Assembly (NCBI GenBank): GCA_043228905.1
Contig: JBHGNT010000017.1
Location: 18,228,001-18,292,000, forward strand
From: Azolla caroliniana
Taxonomy: Eukaryota > Plantae > Polypodiophyta
Direction: 5' to 3'
Length of the DNA: 64,000 bases
A program made the position numbers and the translations under genes. The notes under the pieces are model-generated. The model was not told the DNA's origin. It ran no database searches and saw only the letters and a list, made by a program, of their open reading frames with translations. How positions within the stretch are numbered: position 1 is the stretch's first letter; each line of letters opens with the position of its first letter. Positions 36,251 through 50,087 of the stretch are shown here, piece by piece.

Positions 36251-39200
36251 TCATTGCTCCGGTGCTGTAGATAAAGCTTGATCTAGATCTGAGATCAGGT
36301 CATCTACATCTTCAATGCCGACCTGGTAAATAAAAATATTTCAAATCTAATAATATAAACTTTTTTTCTTTTTCTATATCTAGAATCTGGAACAATTCGC
36401 TCACCGATAGACGAATCAAATCTTCAGTTAAACCCCGAGCCTCTCTCACACTAGCTGGAATGCTAGCATGAGACATAAAGCATGGTAGGCTTATCAAAGA
36501 TTTCACACTGCCTGAAATTGCCAATTTATACAAGTTACAAAAAATATGATTCGGTCACATGTTGCAAAAAATAGATAAAGATTGATACAATGGTTATAGA
36601 AAAACGAAAAGATAAACAGACTGGATAAGGCTTAGATAATGAATACCAAAGCTTACAGTTATACTGAAAAGCTTTGTGCTCTCAACAATATGCTTAGACA
36701 CTGCCAAGGACCCAGTTGTAAAGCTTAATACAGAACCTGCTCCCTTAGCCTGTGAAAGAAGGGCTAGTAAGAAACAGAACCAACCCAACCCCCTCCACAA
36801 AAAAAACAATCTAAGAACCAATCTGTTTTCTTAGCCACTATCCATATGTAGGACATACCAAGTTATTGTTGTTAATTATCTCTATTGCCTTGTTACCCTT
36901 TTGGAGATACAATATTTCTTTAAAAAAAATTAACTAATCTATCGTTGTTAGTTATCTCTAATGCCATTATGACTTCAAAGAATCTGTAGTAGCTATTACC
37001 TGTGAGAAATGAATATCCCTTCCAGGATGGCCTAGCAATCCCGCATAATTGACATTATTCACCCGAGGATGAGAAGAAAGAAATTCCGCAACTTTTTGGG
37101 CATTACTCTGATGTAAAACAATATTCTTAGGCTTCATTTCTACTCATCTATTATTCATACATTGTATACAGTGTCAAAAAACTTCTGTTATTTAACTTCA
37201 AAGTATTTGGAAAGTAAAACAAGTCTCAAGAAATATTTTTACTTGCTGCTTTTCAACACGAAGTGCCATTGTCTTTATTCCTCGCAAACAAAGCCAACAG
37301 TCGAAAGGTGCCAAGCCAGTCCCTTCTGCATTTTGTAGAAAATAAACCTCTTTGGCCAAACTGTAAAATGTACATAATAACAGCAGATGGAAAAATGATG
37401 ACTGACTTAATGAGTCATTTGCACTCAATAAAAACTTGGATAAGAAAAAAAGCGAAAACAGTAAAAAGAACACAAAAACACCTCTATCTTTTGGAATATT
37501 TATCAGAATACTCTAGGCTTCCAGAAATTACTAGAGCATCCCTCTGCATGTGTAACAGATGGATATTCTGGTCATTTCCAAAAACTTACAAATATTATAG
37601 TAACAATCCAAACACTTTAGGGGTATTTTGGTGTATTCCCCAAGAAGAAACGGCACCTGAAATCTCACCTCTCACCTTTGACTGCAAGAACTCCTGCCAT
37701 CAGATCACTATGGCCTGAGATAAATTTTGTGGCCGAATGCATGACAATATCTAAGAACAGAAATAAGGGTGTTTTTCTGATGTCAGAAAGCATAAAAAGA
37801 CATCCATTGTCAACCTAATAAAAACAATGTTATACCCGCTCCAAGATGCAGAGGTTGGGAAAGCACAGGAGACATAATGCTATTATCCACCAATACTAAT
37901 GCATTATGTTTATGAGCAATTTTTGCTATCTCCTGCAGAAATAAGAAGAGATATCATTACGTAGTTGTAAAATCTTATGTGCGGAAGCTTGTAAACAACA
38001 GACACAGCCGAACAACAGAAGACAGACAGTTAGGAATACACTTGGAGTAGGTACACAGTGAGAGAGAGAGAGAAGACTGAGTTAGCAGAGAAAAAAACTT
38101 CTATTCAAAATGCTCAGTGCTCAGTACATAGAAATGTGCTCGTAGAGCACTTTATATACAAACCCCTGCCAATGGGCTGACATAAGTACTGACAAGTACT
38201 TTAATGCTCACTTATGGGCATCTGACACTAATTACCTATAATATTCCTATTACTAAAATAGGAATGTAGGCCCTAACGGCCTGTCGGCTCCCAGCCTACT
38301 CAGTCCATGTTGAGCTTGTCACTCAACAATAGTTTTATCATAAAAAGAAGAGTGCTTATTAGAGCTTTTCCTAGAACACATTGGAATGAGGACGCTTCGT
38401 TTACGAAATGAAGTATTGTACAGATTGAGTAAATCGTGCATCTGGTGAGAACATAAATATGAGCACATATAGAAGAGCATATACATATCCAGTTAGCAAT
38501 TTGTCCCATGATTTATATGCCAAACATATGGCAATTACATTGAAATATGAAAACACATTTTATCATACAAGCATCCAAGCATTTGTTCAAATATAATGAA
38601 AATACAAAGACAAAGGAAGCAGAGAATTCATGACCAACAATATGGGTGTACCTCCCAAGGATTTTATGATTCATGTACCTTGATCTATGATCCGATTAAT
38701 GTTAATGCGTATTATGTTCAAGAACGAGTTATATATAGATTTTTTATGACTTACTTTAATGTCAGATATCATTTGGCGTGGGTTGGTAGGACTCTCAAGC
38801 CAAACTATTTTTGTTTTAGGACCAATTGCAGATTCAATTTCTTGAAGACTCGTGGTATCCACTCGTCTACAATGAAAAACATATGTTAATTACGAGAATA
38901 TCATTGCAGATAAATAATAGAACTAAATTTCTTGAAATGGAATGAATCAAGCTTTACAAACAAGACTTAGAGGTAATCACAATGTTCAGATCATAGTACG
39001 TAAAATTCGTGTTCGTCTAGCATAACATTCGTTTTCCTACGTAGGAAAACGAATGTGAATGTTATTCAAACATTCTTGTGTTTTTTTTTGTTTTTTTCCC
39101 ATTTTTTTAATGTTTTTTTTTGTTTTTTCCATTTTTTAGGCTTATTTACCTCATAATAAATAGTTAATCCAAAAGCATGGTATTTATCATTCTTTGAGGG

Positions 39201-41949
39201 TGTTTTTCTTACGCGAATGCGAATGTATGTATGGTACATATAGTTCATAGTATGGTTCAGATCTTCATTTTGAAATTAGTAAAAAAACCAAGCAAACATC
39301 TGTCATCCATTGAGGCTGGTCCATTGACATTGCACAAATGTCAGAAAAGGTTGGAAATAGCAAACAGATTTCTGATGGTTTGCTAACAGGTTTGCAGTGA
39401 GTTGGAAACTGGATTACCAACTACTGGTTTGAGGTGCAATCAAATACATTGTCATGTCGTTGTTCTGTTGCATGAAACATTTCCATATAGGACATGCCAG
39501 CACAAAAACACTTTAACAAACATCCCTCCTAAAAACTACAAAACAGTGGAGTAGAATGAGCTTTTATGTTAAAAACTAAATAAATTTATAAACAAATACA
39601 TGGATTTAAAGACCCCGTTAAATAAAGAAAAAAACTTCATCTACATCCATAAAGGTAGATAATAGAGATTCTAACTCTGTAGACCAATACTTTGATCTGT
39701 TACTCGGCCAAACAAAGAAATTGAATGCCTGTTTGGATGTACGCAAGAGAGTACTATGGCAGAAGCAACACATAAGGCAGAATAGGTAACCAACAGAGGC
39801 AATGAAGTATGGGTTGAAGGAAACACACAATGAAGTGATGTAACACTTGCACAAGGAAGACCAAGTAACAGAACAAGCTAAAGAAATTTGGCATAAGGTT
39901 CTACAATAACATTGAGGACAGAAGAAGTGATCGGCAGGGAAATAATACAGAGTTCAACTATGAAATTCCTTCTCATTCATAGGTAAATTGTAGTTCCAGG
40001 CAGAAAACAGAGTGATAGTAATTCTTGATTAAAATTAGATGGAGGGCATGCCATAGAGCCATCAATGGTACATGTAGTACTGGCACAGTAGATAAAAAGA
40101 CAACGAGATTTCTAGAGCATCAAGCTGATGCATGCAGATTACAGGCATAGGACATACTTACTTCACAACTAGACCTGCTCTAGTTGTAACTTGAGAGAGC
40201 AGCCTGTCAGAGCCTCCATAAATGTCATCGCCTACCATTATTTCCTCTCCTGCACACTTTTCTTGTAAGTAATAGTAAGCCATATATATATCCTCATCCT
40301 CAAAGGTTGAGTAACCTTTACCTGAAATTGCAAGATGAGTGACTGTGGTAAGGGCAGCCATGCCACTATTGAAACAGAAAGCTCTGTCAGCACCTTCTAC
40401 CTTTGCTAGTAACCTGTTCAACCATCCTTTTAATTGTGAGAGGTTGAATAAAAAAACCAACAAAAATAAAGAATGCTCACGTTTCAAGTGCATTTCGGGT
40501 TGGATTCCCACTTCTTGTGTAATCATAAACTCCACAATCAGTTGCTGAGGGCTGAATCAGGAGAAATTCAAAAAGGTTAATCAATTTTTGGCACATTTTC
40601 GATCAAACATTTTATCAAATAAAATTAACTTTCAGGAGAATTCAAGCATGCCATTACCTGCTTGAAGGTTGAAGTTTGATAAAGAGGAGTACTGAGAGCC
40701 CCATAAGGGTCAAACGTGTTTGAGAAATTTAATATGAGAGTGGATACACCCATGTCTTGAGATACTAATATCAATGACAGGCATAAACATATCCATCAGG
40801 CATCAATATCCCAGGTTTATTACATTATTGAAAGCGAAAAATATGTCCATGTCTGTAAAGAGAAAAAAGGCAAGATAATATATTGAGTGAGTATAAACAT
40901 CATCTATAAAAAAGAAGGTCTGAGAGGTAAAACCCTAGATCTTGCCTACCAATCAGTTACATTAAGGGTTACAAAATGTTCCAACTTCCTACTTCATATG
41001 ACTTTACAGTAAGGATTTATTTATGCATTCATTGTTTCTGGCCTTAAGAATTGTTTGCAATGTTGAGATCCGCTTGACAATCTGAAATGTTCCAATCGAT
41101 ATACTCATGTACATCTATAAATTCACAACTAAGAGGCAGGGAAACACGTTGTGCTATGCACATAATATACAAAAAGTGGTTCTGTTTTAACATATTCTAA
41201 ACATTTTGATAAATGGAAATGTCAAATGGGATTTGTTTCTAGCTTCTGAAACTGAAAACAAGATGTGAGACATTATTTTAGTATATGTAAAATATAAGAA
41301 CATAAATCTATTAAATGTAGTGGGCCTCGATCCGAGCTTCAAAGAATGAAAACCCGGCAACATAAATCTATCAAATGTAGTAGGCCTCGATTTGAACTTC
41401 GAAGAATAACAAATACCCAGCACATGTAAATAAAATCTATAAAAATAAAATATTCCCAAAAAACTTCTGAAACAAGGTGTGAGAACGTTCTTTTGAAGTG
41501 TTTTAAGAAATTTGCATAAACCTATCAAAAATGTAGTAGTGGTGATTGCTTATATATTGAAAATTTCAATTATACCTGGTACATCTTCATCGTACAATGC
41601 ACGGGGGATTATCGGTCGCGGAACCGCCGCCACTTTTCTGCTTGACCCACCGAACGCCGTTCTCCTCCGTATCAGAAAACTGTGCGTAAGGAAGCAGACA
41701 ACAATTTCTTGTGCATTCAGGAAAAGAAGGGGAAAAGAGAGAGAGAGAGAGAGAGAGAAAGCTCAGAAGCACTACAAGAAAGAAGGACGAATGCAATCTA
41801 ATAATGGCTACTATTTTCGACAAAAACTATGCAATTATATACCAGGATTGTTGAGCTTGGTGGCGGCGGCGGTGGTGGTGGTGGTGGTGGTGATGAAGAA
41901 AGGCTTCTGATGATCTGCGAGTGGGGAAAGTGATTTGAAGGTGAGCCAT
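36251..41949 (-). CDS. CBL: Cystathionine beta-lyase, plastid-targeted, about 14 exons
   Basis: Exons give [80 protein letters not shown] (PLP lysine), [36 protein letters not shown]; 5' exons less certain. Confidence 0.93.
37966..38328. mobile_element. Solo LTR in a CBL intron
   Basis: TG...CA, 363 bp, 5-bp flanks GTAGT/ATAGT; homologous to 23422-23785. Confidence 0.75.
38992..39254. mobile_element. hAT-like MITE in a CBL intron
   Basis: Perfect 8-bp TSD GTTCAGAT (38984-38991, 39255-39262); imperfect TIR CATAGTACG/CATACTATG; inverted subterminal ATTCG/CGAAT motifs. Confidence 0.65.
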
Positions 41950-42008
41950 GCCCGCCCGAGCGCCAAGCTTCTTCTTTTTCTTCTTCTTCTTCTTCTTCTT
42001 CTTCTGTT

Positions 42009-42392
42009 GGGCGGGTGATTCTTCTGCAGCATCAGAAAAAAAATGTTCATAACCAATTCGCCCACCAGACTTTTGGAAATTACAGAAGATACCCCTCTCC
42101 TCCTCCTCCTCCTCCTCCTCCGATCATCTATGTATATGTCTACACATAATATTCATAATGTTTGGCATATGTATAGTATTTCAACGCATTCATCGGGTTT
42201 CCTCTCTTGGGTGGGTGATTCTTCGGCAGCATCAGAAAAAAAATGTTCATAACCAGTTCGCCCACCAGACTTTTGGAAATTACAAAAGATACCCCTCTCC
42301 TCCTCCTCCTCCTCCTCCTCCTCGGATCATCTACACATCATATTCATATTCATAATGTTTGGCATATGTATAGTATTTCAACGCATTCATCA
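42009..42392. repeat. ~200-bp tandem duplication in the CBL 5' flank
   Basis: gggtgattcttc..cagcatcagaaaaaaaatgttcataacc...caacgcattcatc occurs twice. Confidence 0.9.
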
Positions 42393-42899
42393 AGTATCGC
42401 AACATCTTACAGATACAGTTATAACAATACCTCTTGGCTCTCTATCATCACCAAATGGAATGCATACATGGTAGCCATGCATAAATATGGACATAGTGTT
42501 AACCATTGCATACCACAACGAATGATGTACTACAAAGAGAAGGAGCCATACATTGTAAATCATTCACATTTAATACTAGGTTAGAAGAAAAACTAGGGAG
42601 CCATATGTTGTAAATCATTAGAAGACAAACATTAAAAAAAAGGTATGGCTTAAATGGTTAGACCTGTCCATTGGTAATAATAGGCCCAAAGGTTTCAAAA
42701 CCAAGTAAATACGACATAGGGAAAAAGATGAGCCATTATACATAAGTGGCGTAAGGACGTGTGTAGTAAATGATAAAATGTTGATACATGTTTTGTAGAA
42801 ACCGAGAGCCTCCACAAGGATAAAGACAAGATGAAGCTCGAAGGGCAATGCAATAGTGCATGTAAAAAGAGAGATTTTTTTTTTTAGATCCTAAAATCT

Positions 42900-44400
42900 A
42901 TATAACATGCAAAAGAACTCGTTGTCATGTTTGATGTTTTGAGGATTCAAGCGCCCAAGCTTTGGACAAGTTTTGGTTTAGCTTGGGGTAGCAAATCATG
43001 GCGGCATGTGGGAGGCCTATATGGCAACAATGACATTGTCGGCGAACATAGAGTCACCATGCTGAATCAAGGAAATTCCCTTGAAAAGTTATTGCGTTGG
43101 ATCAAAATATTTTCTATCTAGAAGATGAATGAATAATGTGGGAGAGAGACCACTGGTATTACAAAGATTCTTGGGAGCATGTGCATTCTAACATATATGG
43201 ATACTTCGCTACCCCCGCATTATGGATCCATTATATCGTTTACTAAGGAAAAGGACAAAGGTTCGATTGGATGAAAGAGCATAGTCAAGCTAGTAAGCTA
43301 AATTTGAAAGGGTACTAGACGATGTGTTAATACTGAAGAAGTTGAGTTATGATTATTGAACACCGACTGTGATTAATCTAGCCTAGTTGAATGTAATAAA
43401 ATTTGTTGAAAATTCGGGATGGGGGGGGGGGGGGGGGGGGTATGACATCCAACACAAATTTGTAGCCAATGTTGTAAGCAAACAACAAAGAGGCTACCCA
43501 CAAATAAAAAGGAAGTTACAAGGAATCATTTGAACGACCAGAACCAATCAAGACTAACTAATAGGAGTTGGAGTGATTGTCAACGTGTATTATCTCTCGA
43601 TTGTCAACATGATAATGAACCCATGTTATATGAGATGTGTCAATGCTATTGTGGGAGCTTATGTAAAATCATGAACTTGGACATTAAACATGTATAAGGT
43701 CATGATAATGATGTTGTGAATGTGTTGTCAAGGATGAGGTATGAAAGGGAAATGACTTATGGTCTAGCGAAGACCATGTCAACGAAGGCTTCTTTACTAC
43801 TAATTTCATTGGAGAACCCAAATATCAAGTTAGATGATGATCTTCAAAAGACTACTACAACTTACAATATGCAAAAGAGGGAAGATGGAAACCTATGTCA
43901 AGGAAGATAAAAAGAAGAATACAAAGTTTTTTAAAACAAGGGATACTTGTGGAGACAATTGAAGAATCCCAATGAATCTTCTGTGTGAGTTTGTGGGCCT
44001 TGTAGAACAATATAGTCATGGATTATGGAAAAATAACATGAGACAAAATGGGCTAATCATGTGCAAAATTGGGCTACTTTCACCAAGGTTAAAGAATAAG
44101 TATTAGTGGGTTGACATGTGCAAAGACGTGGCTCAATGTGTCGAGAGTTGTGACAAATGTCAATTATACTCTTAAATACAACAATGAGATGAACTACATT
44201 TCACATTCATCAATGGATGATTCAAGTGGATGATCAATCTCATTGCAATGCGAACCGGATCAAGAAAATACATGGTGTTGACGAGAGAATAACTTGTGAA
44301 TAAAGTCAAAGGAAGAGCTCTAGAAAAGAATAAAGTTTACCAATTTCTACTTGAGTATGTTGTTGAAGGTATGATTATGCCTATCAAATTTTCAACTTGG
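42900..44400 (+). mobile_element. Highly degenerate Ty3/gypsy pol relic (RT end, RNase H, integrase)
   Basis: Fragments YPQIKRKLQGII, DNDVVNVLSRMRY, WATFTKVKE..DVAQCVESCDKCQ in RT-RH-INT order. Confidence 0.65.
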
Positions 44401-47139
44401 GTTGCTTTTCCACGCAAAGAAGGGATGGTGAGATATTAATTACTTGTTGCTTGATAACAACAACTAAAAAAATGGTTTGTGATATCCGGTTTGTCATTTA
44501 TCAACAATAGGAGGCCTAACACTACAACAAACAAAACATTGATTATAATTGTGAAAGTTTTAAGAAGCTGCTTGGGTGCTCATAGACAACAACAACCTCA
44601 ATCTATAAAAGTTTTCTTATCAATGGTTTGAGCGGGATGAAGTTCGGGAAGTTTACAATGGCACCGATCAATTAAACAAGCTAGATGGCAAGATACTTAT
44701 AAGTGTTGATCACAAGGAAGCATTTGAAGATATTCAATAACAGATAGAAATGCAAACCCTCTTCAAAATTACTTTAATTCTACAATAAAATTTTATACTT
44801 CGTTTGTCTTCTTTCTTCTCAAATAAATCTATTAAGCTTTTCATTTTCCTCCAATCACCTATATCTTGGTCTAGAAGATCAACAGTTCCACCCAAGTAGC
44901 ACGATCCTAGAGTGAAGAAAACTTTGTGACAATGTACTTAGCTTTTCAGTGAGAATTGAACAAATATGGTAAAGGTTGTGCAGACCGCTTCAATTTGCAA
45001 ATGCTATAAGGTCAATTGATAAGATTGTTGACAAGCATACAAACTATAATACTTTATGTCCTGTCTTTGAATGGATTTTAACCACAAGTTTGGTTTGTGT
45101 AATTTATTAGTATCACATCCATGACATAGTCAATTTCAATACATTTTACAATGGTTCAGGACAAATAAATATTAACAAAGTGAATATAACACCATTATAC
45201 ATATTCAAATATAAAAGGTTGCACCTTAAACTTGTCGGTGAAGAAAAAATGAAGCTAAATATAATCTTAATGCAAAACAATAGATGTTAAAGCATGATTT
45301 GAAAGCATTGAAGTCTAAACAAATGGTATTTTGACTTTGAGATCACCAAATTAAAGTTCAAGCTTACATTTTTCTTAGAGAGAGAGAGAGAGATACCAAA
45401 CATAGTGTAATTGTGAAATCGAGGATAATGATGCAACGTCAATGCTACAATTAAATCAAGATTGGTTCAACTTTGAATTGATAATAGTAAATTGTATGTT
45501 TGATATAAATAAACACTACATATAGTGCTAGGGGGCTATGTGTACCATTCTACGTCAATGGAATAATGAGTGGGTTATCTGAAGTACCCACTCCATACAT
45601 GTGTCCCAAGGACTGTGTGGCAAAGCTTGATATCTCGATTCTCAATGACAATTACTCAAGGGTTGAAAACACCAAAATGACCCATGATGATCGCTAAGTT
45701 TGAAGGAAAATGCCTTTTTTAGGTGGAAAAAAAAGGATGAATCATTCAACCAAATCATCATATAGAATGTACGACTTTTATGCAAACACATATGACATAT
45801 TCATGAGGAACTAAAAAGTGCTCGAACTTTTCAAAACAAAAGAATGATGGAATTTGACGAGAAAGTGACACAATTGCTCTCTTTTTTATGGGGGGGAGTC
45901 TTCGTTTGAAAGTTTGAAACTATGAACAAACTCAAATTTCTTTATCAATTCCCACCTTTTCTAGAGGTATCATGCTCATCGAAGTGGTGATAAATACGAA
46001 TAATCCATTATTTTGCGATAATCGGTCGGTGTAAGTAGTTCATCATGACTTCTCATTGATTATAGATTCTAGATATGCTTTGTTGTCAATGAACACGCAC
46101 CATTATTATTCGCGTAGATAAGTATTGCTCTTACTCTATGTAGGACATCACATTCATTCATTTCAAGCATACGTGTTTGTTACTGGTCAAAAGATTTATG
46201 TTGCATTGAAGGGAATAATATTATCTGCTTGATTGTCAAAGGAAAGGCCGAACTTTGAGGAAATAAAAAGGTCTATAGGACTCTAGAAGTGAGAGAGGAA
46301 GAATTAGACATTTTGAGAGACAAGCACATGAAAAATGGATAGATATGTTAAAAATGATAGGACACTTCATTTTGTGTGAGGTTGATGTAGAGATGGCATG
46401 TTGTTTCTTCACATCAATAGTTTTAGTATTTGTTGTTGTGAAATAGAGCCAAATGATGCGAGGGCACTTTTGTTCATGCGTGATTGGAGAGAACTCGTCA
46501 ACAAAAGGGCTACTTTGTTTTGAAACAATAGGCGATTGATGTAAGGGTGGCATGTTCTCGTTTCAACACATTAATAGTTTCAGTGTTTCCCACACAAGAT
46601 TGAGCCAAATGATACGAGCCTAGATTCTCTACGCATGCTAGAAGAGAGCTTGTCAATCGTACTCACCCTTTATTTATTTTTTGTAAAATAAAAAGGCAAA
46701 AACGATGTGCTTGATGTAGGAAAGCACTTATTCCCCCCCCCCCGCCGAAAAGAAAAGAAAAAAATGATCGTTGGAGTATCACCTAGCCATACTATTAGGG
46801 GTTAATCAAGGCTCCAATACACTCATAAACTTTATTGGGGGGGAGGCTGGATTGCTACAATATAGACGTGGAAATGGGGTTGGAAATACATACATAGATG
46901 TAGCATTCGTTGGTATGTAATGTGATGGTAACCCCTAATCAAGTCTCATTGATTTGGCACAAGGCCATACCATGCATAATAAGAGAAGGACATCTCTCAT
47001 ATATATATATTTGAGAGTGGTGGTGCGCTTGTCTTTGGAGGCGAGAACAAGTAGCGCAAATACAAAAACAATGCAGGCACGAAACAAAGACAAGTAATGA
47101 AGAGTAAAATGCACGATAATAAAGGAGGGGGTGCCTGCC

Positions 47140-47630
47140 TTTGTATAGGTTACATACAGATCGGAAGAACAACAAGCCAATCGGTTGATAATGATGGGCA
47201 TGAATTGTGTGGTTCGGAGTTGATTAATGATCGTGTTTTGAATGAATAATAGAGATATCTCAGACCCTAAGGATACGGTGCATAACAGGTGTGGAAGCAG
47301 GAAGTAGAAGAATGAATATGAAGGGGTGCTATAGCCATTGTATATGTATGTTACATACAGATCGGAAGAACACCGGGTCTCTTGGTTGATAATGATGGTC
47401 GTGAAGTGTGTGGGTCGGGGGCGATTAATGACTGTGTTTTGAATGAATAATAGAGGCGTCTCGGACCCTAAGGATACAGTGCAAAACAAGTGTGGAAGCA
47501 GAAAAGCAGGAGAATGAAGAGAGTCAAGAAGAAGAATTAATGACCATGTTATGAATGAATAATAGAGGTGTCTCGGACCCAAAGGATACGGTGCAAAACA
47601 AGCGTGGAAGCAAAAAAGCAGGAGAATGAA
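47140..47630. repeat. Imperfect ~110-200-bp tandem repeats
   Basis: gttacatacagatcggaagaac twice; tgaatgaataatagag...ggatac.gtgca three times. Confidence 0.8.
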
Positions 47631-47975
47631 GAAGAAGAAGAAGAAGAAGAAGAAGAAGAAGAAGAGAATCAAGAAGAAGAAGAGTCAAAAGAGTATTAAG
47701 AAGAGAAGAGTGAAGTCAAGAAGAAGAGAGTCAAAAGAGTCTTAAGAAGAGAAGAGTGAAGTCAAGAAGAAGAGAGTCAAAAGAGTCTTAAGAAGAGAAG
47801 AGTGAAGTCAAGAAGAAGAGAGAGTGAAGTCAAGAAGAAGAGAGTCAAAAGAGTCTTAAGAAGAGAAGAGTGAAGTCAAGTAGAAGAGAGAGTGAAGTCA
47901 AGAAGAAGAGAGTCAAAAGAGTCTTAAGAAGAGAAGAGTGAAGTCAAGGAGAAGAGAGAGTCAAGTCAAGCAGAA
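47626..47975. repeat. (GAA)n tract followed by a purine-rich 46-bp minisatellite
   Basis: gtcaagaagaagagagtcaaaagagtcttaagaagagaagagtgaa about 5 times with partial units. Confidence 0.9.
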
Positions 47976-48237
47976 GAGTCTTCTTGTGTGTTTGTGTTGG
48001 GCGATTGGGATATGCTTTGGAGAGATTCTGACTCTGTTTTTAGCGACTTGTGAGGAGGAAGGAAGAGTCTCTTCTCTCTCAGCAGAACTTCTTCAGCAGG
48101 AAGAAGAAGAAGAAGAAGAAGAAGAAGAAGAAGAAGGAGACAACAGAGAAAAAGCAGAGAGGCAGGCAGGCATAATAACGTGGGCGCACCACTTTTGGCA
48201 CCACATAAAGCATTCAACACAAGCAGACTCCTTCCCA

Positions 48238-48268
<31 letters not shown>

Positions 48269-50087
48269 CTTCTTCTTCTTCGCCATAGCTCGCTTCTGTA
48301 TTGCGTTTCCCTTGCTCTTATTCTCCATCGCCGCCCACCATCTCTTCTCTTCTTCTTTTTCTTCTTGAAGCTTCTTCTTGGGTTCTTTTTCTTTTCTTTT
48401 TCTATACCCTGTAGTCTGTTTCCTTGCTTCTTTTCTCAATCGCCCACCATCTCTTCTATTTTTTGCCCTTCTTAAAATTGCTTCTTGGTTTTTTCTTTGT
48501 TTCTTTTTCTCATTCTTTTTTTATTTTTTATACCCTGTATTTCTGTTTCTTTGCTTCCAGTCTCCATCGCCCAACCATCTCTTCTCCCCTTGAAATTGCT
48601 TCTTGGGGGTGTTATTATTATTATTATTTTCTATACCCTGATTGCATTTGTATCCCCTTCTCTTTCGGCTGTTTCTAATAGGAGAGAGGGGTAAGACAGA
48701 AAGATCAAAGGGTTCTCTTGCACCCTACGAAAGTAATCAGAAGAACAGGTAAGCGGCCTCCTTTTTCATGCATGATTTGTTTCCATGTTTCTATGGCAGC
48801 ATTAGATTAATTATTCCTGAGGTTCTGATGGTGAAGGCAATGCATTATTATCGTGTGTGTCCTGTGACATGACCTATTGGACCCATAACCTGTCTTTCAT
48901 GTATTACCCAAGGGAACTTTCCTATGCTCAAATATTGTGGCTATGCTTTCATAGGCAAAGAAGGCGCATGTCTCGAATGGTTGAGGATGAGAAGCATTCT
49001 ATTACTATAGTGTTTGCTTCACATCATAATGTGACCTGTTCTTTGACCTAAAACTCCTGCCATGATGTTTGATGTGATGTGAAATGCCCTGACAATGATG
49101 CATCTGCAGGTGAATGAGTGTCAACTGGTCCTGCATGTAATGATTGTGGCGAGTCCAATCTTGGTGGACTCACTGATGGAGACATGCATGGTGTTCAATA
49201 TTCAGGCATTCTAGGTCCCTACCAATCCGGTCGCACTTCCTGCTGCTTCAGGAAACAACATTATTATGTATGTTATTGATTTCAAGCTTTAGGAAGAACT
49301 TTGTGAGTTTGAACTACTTCCATCCCCTCTGGCGCGATGTGTGTATATGTTATACAATTGTTACTGTGCACCTCTGTATCTCTAAGAGGAAATCTCGAAG
49401 TCAATGATATAGGCAGACACTGTGATCTCTCTGAATGAGGTGTGTCCTATAATAAGGGTAAAATTTTGAATTCTGATGGGCTCATATGATATACATCTAC
49501 ATACATTGTGCCCCTCGTCTCTATCTCTGTGCTACAGACAGAATCAACATATGTGCTTTGCACTCATGATGGTGCCTGTCTCAAATATCAGGTAGAGGTG
49601 TCATATATTGAGAGAGAGGCTCTGCGCAAGTATGTGGGTGTGAGAAAGAAAGAAAGAAAGGTATACTAATGTCTACTAGCAGCCAAACTTGGTAAATGAG
49701 TGTTATCCATGGTACTGAAACAAAAGTAAACGCTCCAGATTTCCTGAAGATCCATGTGTGTGTGAGACACACACACGCACACACAGAGACTTGACTTTAT
49801 GTATGTGTGTGTGAAAGAGAAAGAAAGATGTATTAATGTCTAATAGAGGCCAAACCAGCCTATGAAAGAGACAGAGGCATGGCGTCGAGTTTTTATGTGT
49901 ATGCAAAAATTTATATGGGTATTTTGGTATATGTGTTTTCTCTGATATGGGTGTGGATATGAGTGCTCGGTTTTTGCTCCTAGGTCCTTTCTTTTGGCTT
50001 CAATGTTGGTATATATTGTAGTCTAACACTCTGTTGTTTCATTTGAAGCTTTGTGATAGTGTGCCTCTCAATCAAATTAGCACACAA

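Noticed and set aside
46935-48694. Poly-F/E/K/S ORFs
   Set aside because: Products of GAA/TTC repeats; no domain signal
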